Positions 59,968 to 64,000 of a stretch of 64,000 nucleotides of DNA are shown here, one piece after another. Position numbers and translations under genes: made by a program. Positions within the stretch are counted from its first letter, which is position 1; each line of letters opens with the position of its first letter. Location: the IMG/VR virus record IMGVR_UViG_3300030382_003905, positions 4,399-68,398 of that record. One strand, given 5' to 3'. Source of the DNA: a virus. The notes below the pieces were generated by a model that was given only the letters and a program-made list of their open reading frames with translations, was not told the origin of the DNA and did not search any database.

Positions 59968-60243
59968 TTATTTTAAGTTATTTATTATTTCAGTTATTTG
60001 TGTCCTGGACAACCACCCCACAACATCATCTTCGGCGTCTGTTACAATTTTTCGTGTTGCCCATCCTTTTGAATTAAATACTGCTAGCTCAAATTTAGCA
60101 TAGTCGTCAGCAGATTTTAAATTTTTGCGTGGTAGAGAGTAAGCACCAAGGCCACCAACTACACTAAAAGTGTATCCATTTTTTATATAGATCCCTTGCA
60201 CTCCTTGGCTTGTTTTAGTAAATTTTATATTTTTAAATTCCAT
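59968..60243 (-). CDS. conserved phage early protein
   Basis: NGYTFSVV..AY..FELAV..DDVVGWLS. Confidence 0.7.
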   Translation of the reverse strand: MEFKNIKFTKTSQGVQGIYIKNGYTFSVVGGLGAYSLPRKNLKSADDYAKFELAVFNSKGWATRKIVTDAEDDVVGWLSRTQITEIINNLK

Positions 60244-60280
60244 TGTTATAGTTTTAGTTATTTATTTGTTTTTGCACTTT

Positions 60281-60341
60281 GAAACGCCAGGGTTTTAAAC
60301 CCAGGACTGAAAATAATATTCTCAGATTTTTTCGGCGTTTC
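60281..60341 (-). ncRNA. predicted three-way-junction RNA in the early transcript
   Basis: GAAACGCC/GGCGUUUC closing stem around CUGAGA/UUUCAG and GGGUUU/AAACCC hairpins; GC-rich island in an AT-rich spacer. Confidence 0.45.
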
Positions 60342-60360
60342 GCATTTGCTTGTAATTCTT

Positions 60361-60567
60361 TTATTCAAACAAATCTTTTAAAGTGCATTTTAAGAGGCCG
60401 TGTTCGTCCAGCTGGCGCACTGCTTCAAATATTGCGTTCTGGCAAAGTTTATGCTGTGAGACGCTTAATTTGACGTTATCGTTGTAATTGTCAATTACCT
60501 TACCGATTGAATTCAGGGCTAATACTTCAGCGTTTGAAAACATTTTATATTTTTTAGTTTCTGGCAT
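60361..60567 (-). CDS. early hypothetical protein
   Basis: 68 aa, repeat motif upstream. Confidence 0.65.
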   Translation of the reverse strand: MPETKKYKMFSNAEVLALNSIGKVIDNYNDNVKLSVSQHKLCQNAIFEAVRQLDEHGLLKCTLKDLFE

Positions 60568-60578
60568 AATTTTAAGTT

Positions 60579-60923
60579 TTAGTTAGGGTAAATTATTGTT
60601 GTACCATTATCAAAATGGTAGTTTTCAATTTCTCTCAATTCTCTTTTTAAGCAGTTTTCAGTTAGTGTACTCCTTAATATTATATTATTGTCTTTGCAAT
60701 AAGAGTATAAGCTCCAACACTCTTTAATAGTTTTGTAAAATACTAATATAGATTTTGCTTTTTGCTCGTATTGTGAGCCGTATCCGTATTGTATAGGCAT
60801 TAAAAAAGTTTGCTCTGTTTTCATTCCATAGTTTAGAGTAATAGTTCCACAGAAATAAGAATTTCCGTTTACCTTGTCAAACCACTCTTTTGCCTTTATG
60901 TCGATTGTTTTAGTTTTTGGCAT
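60579..60923 (-). CDS. conserved phage early protein
   Basis: EWFDKVNGNSYF..QYGYGSQY. Confidence 0.7.
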   Translation of the reverse strand: MPKTKTIDIKAKEWFDKVNGNSYFCGTITLNYGMKTEQTFLMPIQYGYGSQYEQKAKSILVFYKTIKECWSLYSYCKDNNIILRSTLTENCLKRELREIENYHFDNGTTIIYPN

Positions 60924-60945
60924 AATTTTAAGTTTTAGTTATTAT

Positions 60946-61197
60946 TTATTTAGAAAAGAATTTTTTTTCTGTGAATTCTGCAATTTCTCTGTCGTTCATT
61001 TCCCTGTTAGAATTTTTTATTTTTCCGAGCTCCTGTTCTAACTTCACGCCCTTTTTTACTAATGCTTCTATAAGGGTTTTATTTCCGTGTTCTTTTGCTC
61101 TTTCTTTCCTGATCGTGCTGGATAGATTGGAGAGTATTTCATCAATTCTCTCTTCTCGTGTTAGTGGGGTTTTTACTTGTTTTATTCTTGTTGTCAT
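60946..61197 (-). CDS. early coiled-coil protein
   Basis: 83 aa, repeat motif upstream. Confidence 0.65.
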   Translation of the reverse strand: MTTRIKQVKTPLTREERIDEILSNLSSTIRKERAKEHGNKTLIEALVKKGVKLEQELGKIKNSNREMNDREIAEFTEKKFFSK

Positions 61198-61226
61198 AAT
61201 TATAAGTTTTAGTTAATATTTATCTG

Positions 61227-61472
61227 TTATTTTATAGCATCAGCATCTTTACAAAGATATTTTTTGTTAGATATTAGCTGGTTTAGTTTTCTTTCTTTGT
61301 TATCCTGTATTGATTTGTCTAATTGTATTAAATACAATCTAAAAGGAATAACAACAAGGTTGTTACATTCACTGCAACAACTCCCTTGTTCCATTGTTTT
61401 AATTGGCTCAGGATTATTGCCCCCTGTAAATTCTTGTTCACAGATTACGCATTTTTGGTTTTTGTGTCCCAT
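61227..61472 (-). CDS. Zn-finger early protein
   Basis: CVIC..GNNPEP..CCSECN..VIPxR. Confidence 0.7.
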   Translation of the reverse strand: MGHKNQKCVICEQEFTGGNNPEPIKTMEQGSCCSECNNLVVIPFRLYLIQLDKSIQDNKERKLNQLISNKKYLCKDADAIK

Positions 61473-61487
61473 TGTTATAAGTGTTAA

Positions 61488-61646
61488 TTAATATTTATCT
61501 GTTATTTTATAACCATCTACTGAAATTTCGATTTCACAAATTTCATCTTGAGCGTCTTTGTCTGTAATTCCTAACTCCGATAAAAAATAGTTCCACTCGT
61601 CTTTATCTTTAAAATAGCGTTCTAAAAATGTTATTTTGTTTCTCAT
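61488..61646 (-). CDS. 52-aa early protein just downstream of the ribozyme (absent from ORF track)
   Basis: MRNKITFLERYFKDKDEWNYFLSELGI...TDKY*. Confidence 0.6.
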   Translation of the reverse strand: MRNKITFLERYFKDKDEWNYFLSELGITDKDAQDEICEIEISVDGYKITDKY

Positions 61647-61670
61647 TGTTATAGATGTTAATTAATATTT

Positions 61671-61730
61671 GCTTGCTCTGTTTCTGCTTTTGCTTCATCA
61701 GGTTAGGCGCGCACCTAACGACAGAAAAGC
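61671..61730 (-). ncRNA. hammerhead ribozyme, type III
   Basis: GCUUUUCUG-UC^GUUAGGU-GCGC-GCCUAAC-CUGAUGA-AGCAAAAGCA-GAAA-CAGAGCAAGC: full catalytic core, GUC cleavage triplet, paired stems I and III, short stem II. Confidence 0.85.
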
Positions 61731-61760
61731 CCCCAGACAGATCAACTCTCTGGAGGCCTT
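61722..61760 (-). terminator. terminator-like hairpin abutting the ribozyme
   Basis: AAGGCCUCCAGA...UCUGGGGGCUUU stem with a short U tract, right after the stop of 61765..62043. Confidence 0.55.
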
Positions 61761-61764
61761 TATT

Positions 61765-62043
61765 TTAATTCAAATCTTTTAATTTATATACTTTATCAGC
61801 TATTTTCTGACGTGTTTGTGCGATATTCTCGCCCAAAAAATGATTTCTATACTTCCCTGTCGTCCTGGAATAGTCCCAGGCGTTACGATCTAATATAGTA
61901 GGTTTATTGCCGTAAGGAATAAACGCAATAATGCTATTATAACTCTGAAAATAAACGCCTTTATTCGTTCTAATTTCAAATTGATTTGGAATTTTATTTC
62001 CGTTGTAACTTGTCATGTTATTGACTTTAATTTTTGTTATCAT
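61765..62043 (-). CDS. conserved phage early protein
   Basis: PNQF..FQSYNSIIA..WDYSRTTGKYRNHFL. Confidence 0.75.
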   Translation of the reverse strand: MITKIKVNNMTSYNGNKIPNQFEIRTNKGVYFQSYNSIIAFIPYGNKPTILDRNAWDYSRTTGKYRNHFLGENIAQTRQKIADKVYKLKDLN

Positions 62044-62058
62044 AATTATAAGTTTTAG

Positions 62059-62226
62059 TTAATATTTAGTTATATATATTTTCTCGATCTTAAAATTTGC
62101 CTTAGTATCTAAGTAAGTTTTATAATTGTATTTTGCTACTTTTACAAATTTTCTCGCTTGATACAAGTTCCTAAAAGTATCTTGTCTGCCATTTATTAAA
62201 TTGGTTACTAATATTATAAATTCCAT
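62059..62226 (-). CDS. 55-aa early protein (absent from ORF track)
   Basis: MEFIILVTNLINGRQDTFRNLYQARKF...TKY*. Confidence 0.55.
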   Translation of the reverse strand: MEFIILVTNLINGRQDTFRNLYQARKFVKVAKYNYKTYLDTKANFKIEKIYITKY

Positions 62227-62231
62227 AATGT

Positions 62232-62393
62232 TTAATTTTTAGTTTCTAAAATGGTATTAAATGCCTGATCTAATATATTTTTAACTCTTGTTACAGCTTT
62301 AGTGGTTGGATAAACTTCAGCATATCGCTCCACCCCATAAAGCAAGATTAAGATGTCTTGCATTGATAAACTTGTTGTTACTCTTTTTTCCAT
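62232..62393 (-). CDS. 53-aa protein, first gene of the early operon (absent from ORF track)
   Basis: MEKRVTTSLSMQDILILLYGVERY...ETKN*; TATCTTTA element upstream at ~62432-62439. Confidence 0.55.
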   Translation of the reverse strand: MEKRVTTSLSMQDILILLYGVERYAEVYPTTKAVTRVKNILDQAFNTILETKN

Positions 62394-62707
62394 AATGTTT
62401 AAATTTAATTAATATTAAAATATAATACTGATAAAGATAGTTAAAAAGATGTGCAAATCTTATTATTATTTAAGTTATTTTTAAACGTATATTCTCGCAT
62501 TCTTATAAATTGTTGAATGTCAAGCACTTACACCGATTAAATGCATTGTTTTTGTTTATGGTTTTTTTGTTTCGGCCTGGGATTAAAGGGAAGGCCTGAC
62601 TGCCTTAACCCCCCCTGAAAAAAGACAGCTGCGCTAACAGATAGAAAATGGGCCACAATTTAAAACAATTCAAACACTCATATTTTATTTATATGTCTAA
62701 CGAGCTG

Positions 62708-62759
62708 GGATCCTGCCGAGGATCCAGGCCAGGATCCAGGCCAGGATCCAGGCCAGGCC
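62708..62759. repeat. GC-rich 12-bp tandem repeat (AGGATCCAGGCC x3 plus degenerate copies)
   Basis: Exact units at 62719, 62731, 62743; a fourth GGATCC at 62708. Confidence 0.95.
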
Positions 62760-62971
62760 GACGAGCTGGAGGCAAGGAAAGGAGCGCATCCAGGACGCCC
62801 AACACCCCAAGAAAAAAAGGTAAAAAATTCCAGAAAAAAATTTGAACTTCATTTTTTCAACTAAATAAAAATCATTTTCTTTTAGGGGGGTAGCAACTGT
62901 ATAATGTAGTATAACCCTAAACCCCAGTATATCTAAAAAAAATTTATTATCTTTACATAAAATTAAAAACT

Positions 62972-63211
62972 ATGAGTTACAAAGACGGTAAAAGAATTTC
63001 TCCCAGCAGATCAACATCAGATTACGTAGAAGGCTTGTATGTTAAAGACGGGAGATTAATTAATGACAGACCAACGGGTATGTCAGGAATTGAAGAAGCT
63101 GCAACACGCAGACAACAAATGAAAAAACAATATAAGATCGACACAATCGCTGACGGCATTGAAAGAGCAAAGATGCGCATGGACGATGATAAAAATATCT
63201 ACGAATTTTAA
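62972..63211 (+). CDS. hypothetical protein
   Basis: 79 aa; TATCTTTA element upstream, terminator downstream. Confidence 0.7.
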   Translation: MSYKDGKRISPSRSTSDYVEGLYVKDGRLINDRPTGMSGIEEAATRRQQMKKQYKIDTIADGIERAKMRMDDDKNIYEF

Positions 63212-63235
63212 TTTCCCTTTGTTTGAGTAGTAGTG

Positions 63236-63271
63236 AAAAGTAGGGTTCTTTTATAGAATCCTATTTTTTTT
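63236..63271 (+). terminator. intrinsic terminator
   Basis: GTAGGGTTCT-TTTAT-AGAATCCTAT plus T run. Confidence 0.75.
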
Positions 63272-63280
63272 GTTATAATT

Positions 63281-63480
63281 CAACATTAAAATGTTATAAA
63301 TATGTTGACTTTATGTTAACTTTATTTTATCTAACTTATTGATTTATAATACTTTATCTTAATATTTTATTATTTATGTTAACTTTATAGTATAATAATA
63401 TAAATAAAATAAATACTAAAGAGTTAAATTACTGTATAGTTAAGAAGTCAAGGAAAACTCAACATTCAACATATGACATT
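63281..63480. other. iteron/IHF-site element, copy B
   Basis: TATGTTRA at 63301/63312/63375; IHF consensus 63331-63344; AAGAGTTAAAT at 63419; inverted TCAACAT at 63459 and 63466. Confidence 0.6.
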
Positions 63481-63526
63481 TAAAATATAATTTGTATATT
63501 TGCTTCTTAATTAAATTTACTATACT

Positions 63527-64000
63527 ATGAGTAATTCGGGATATATTCCTAAAGACATTTGTTTCGATGATGAAGGAAGAAAAAAACTAATCAAAGGAAT
63601 AGCTACAATCTCAAAAGCGGTCAAGTCTACATTAGGACCGCGAGGAAAAACTGTCCTCATAGAATCTCCTCAGCATACCAATAACATTACTATTACTAAA
63701 GACGGCGTGACTGTTGCACGAGCAATAGAGTTAATCGACCCCGTTGAGAATCTGGCTATTCAGATGATGAAAGACGCAGCTAATAGAACAGCCAACGCAG
63801 CAGGCGATGGAACAACTACAGCAATTGTCTTGACTGAAGCTGTTATTATGGCGGGAGAAAAATATATAAGCCCTGAACATAATATTACCGAAGTAGTTAG
63901 GTATATTAATTACTATACCAACAATACTGTTGAGATGCTTAAAAAAGAATCCCAAAAAATTTCTAAAAGAAAACTATTAGACGTAGCTACAATATCAGTT
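63527..64000 (+). CDS. groEL: chaperonin GroEL (5' part, runs off the window; absent from ORF track)
   Basis: AVKSTLGPRGKTVLI..ITKDGVTVARAI..DPVENL..AGDGTTTAIVL; TATATTTG element at 63495. Confidence 0.95.
   Translation, partial: MSNSGYIPKDICFDDEGRKKLIKGIATISKAVKSTLGPRGKTVLIESPQHTNNITITKDGVTVARAIELIDPVENLAIQMMKDAANRTANAAGDGTTTAIVLTEAVIMAGEKYISPEHNITEVVRYINYYTNNTVEMLKKESQKISKRKLLDVATISV

Larger units (their letters stand above)
55831..62067 (-). repeat. dispersed intergenic motif, consensus AATAACTAAAACT(A/T)(T/A)AA(C/T)(A/T)ATG, about 20 copies
   Basis: Ends in the ATG of most early genes (e.g. 55833, 56632, 58950, 59212, 60243, 60923, 61197, 62043). Confidence 0.85.

Noticed and set aside
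45965-61491. Short + strand ORFs inside the replication and early regions
   Set aside because: Antisense shadows of densely packed - strand genes
55831-62067. Early-region repeats as a CRISPR array or integron attC sites
   Set aside because: Repeats are degenerate and non-palindromic and are separated by whole genes; no cas or integrase gene seen
62648-62845. 65-aa ORF with GSRP repeats
   Set aside because: The peptide repeat is just the translation of the 12-bp DNA repeat in an otherwise non-coding divergence region; composition is unlike the other genes
63731-63955. - strand 74-aa ORF
   Set aside because: Antisense shadow of groEL
1-64000. Stop-codon reassignment or tRNA genes, as in some crAss-like phages
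   Set aside because: Long genes are intact in the standard code, all three stop codons end genes, and no tRNA cloverleaf was recognised by eye

Overview
Most of the genome of an AT-rich tailed dsDNA phage, probably a podovirus infecting Bacteroidota (Flavobacteriia). The host is inferred from repeated TAnnTTTG promoter elements and A-rich start contexts without Shine-Dalgarno sequences. The + strand from 1 to 44.7 kb carries an envelope/lysis block, tail fibres, a GroES-like protein, terminase, portal, scaffold, major capsid protein, tail/nozzle genes and three internal (ejected) proteins, one of 2892 aa. The - strand from 44.7 to 62.4 kb carries replication/recombination genes and an array of about 30 small early genes joined by a repeated intergenic motif. 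A GC-rich repeat at the divergence point is followed by a phage groEL that runs off the window end. Main features not shown in the ORF track: (1) a type III hammerhead ribozyme in the early transcript (61671-61730, - strand); (2) a 51-aa gene overprinted in the +1 frame of the giant virion gene, plus an A10 slippery site near that gene's 5' end; (3) two diverged copies of an iteron/IHF-site element with exactly conserved spacing; (4) an Ocr-like gene flanked by perfect 31-bp repeats; (5) an ArfA-like peptide gene coupled to the holin. All homology calls come from motif recognition by eye, not database searches.
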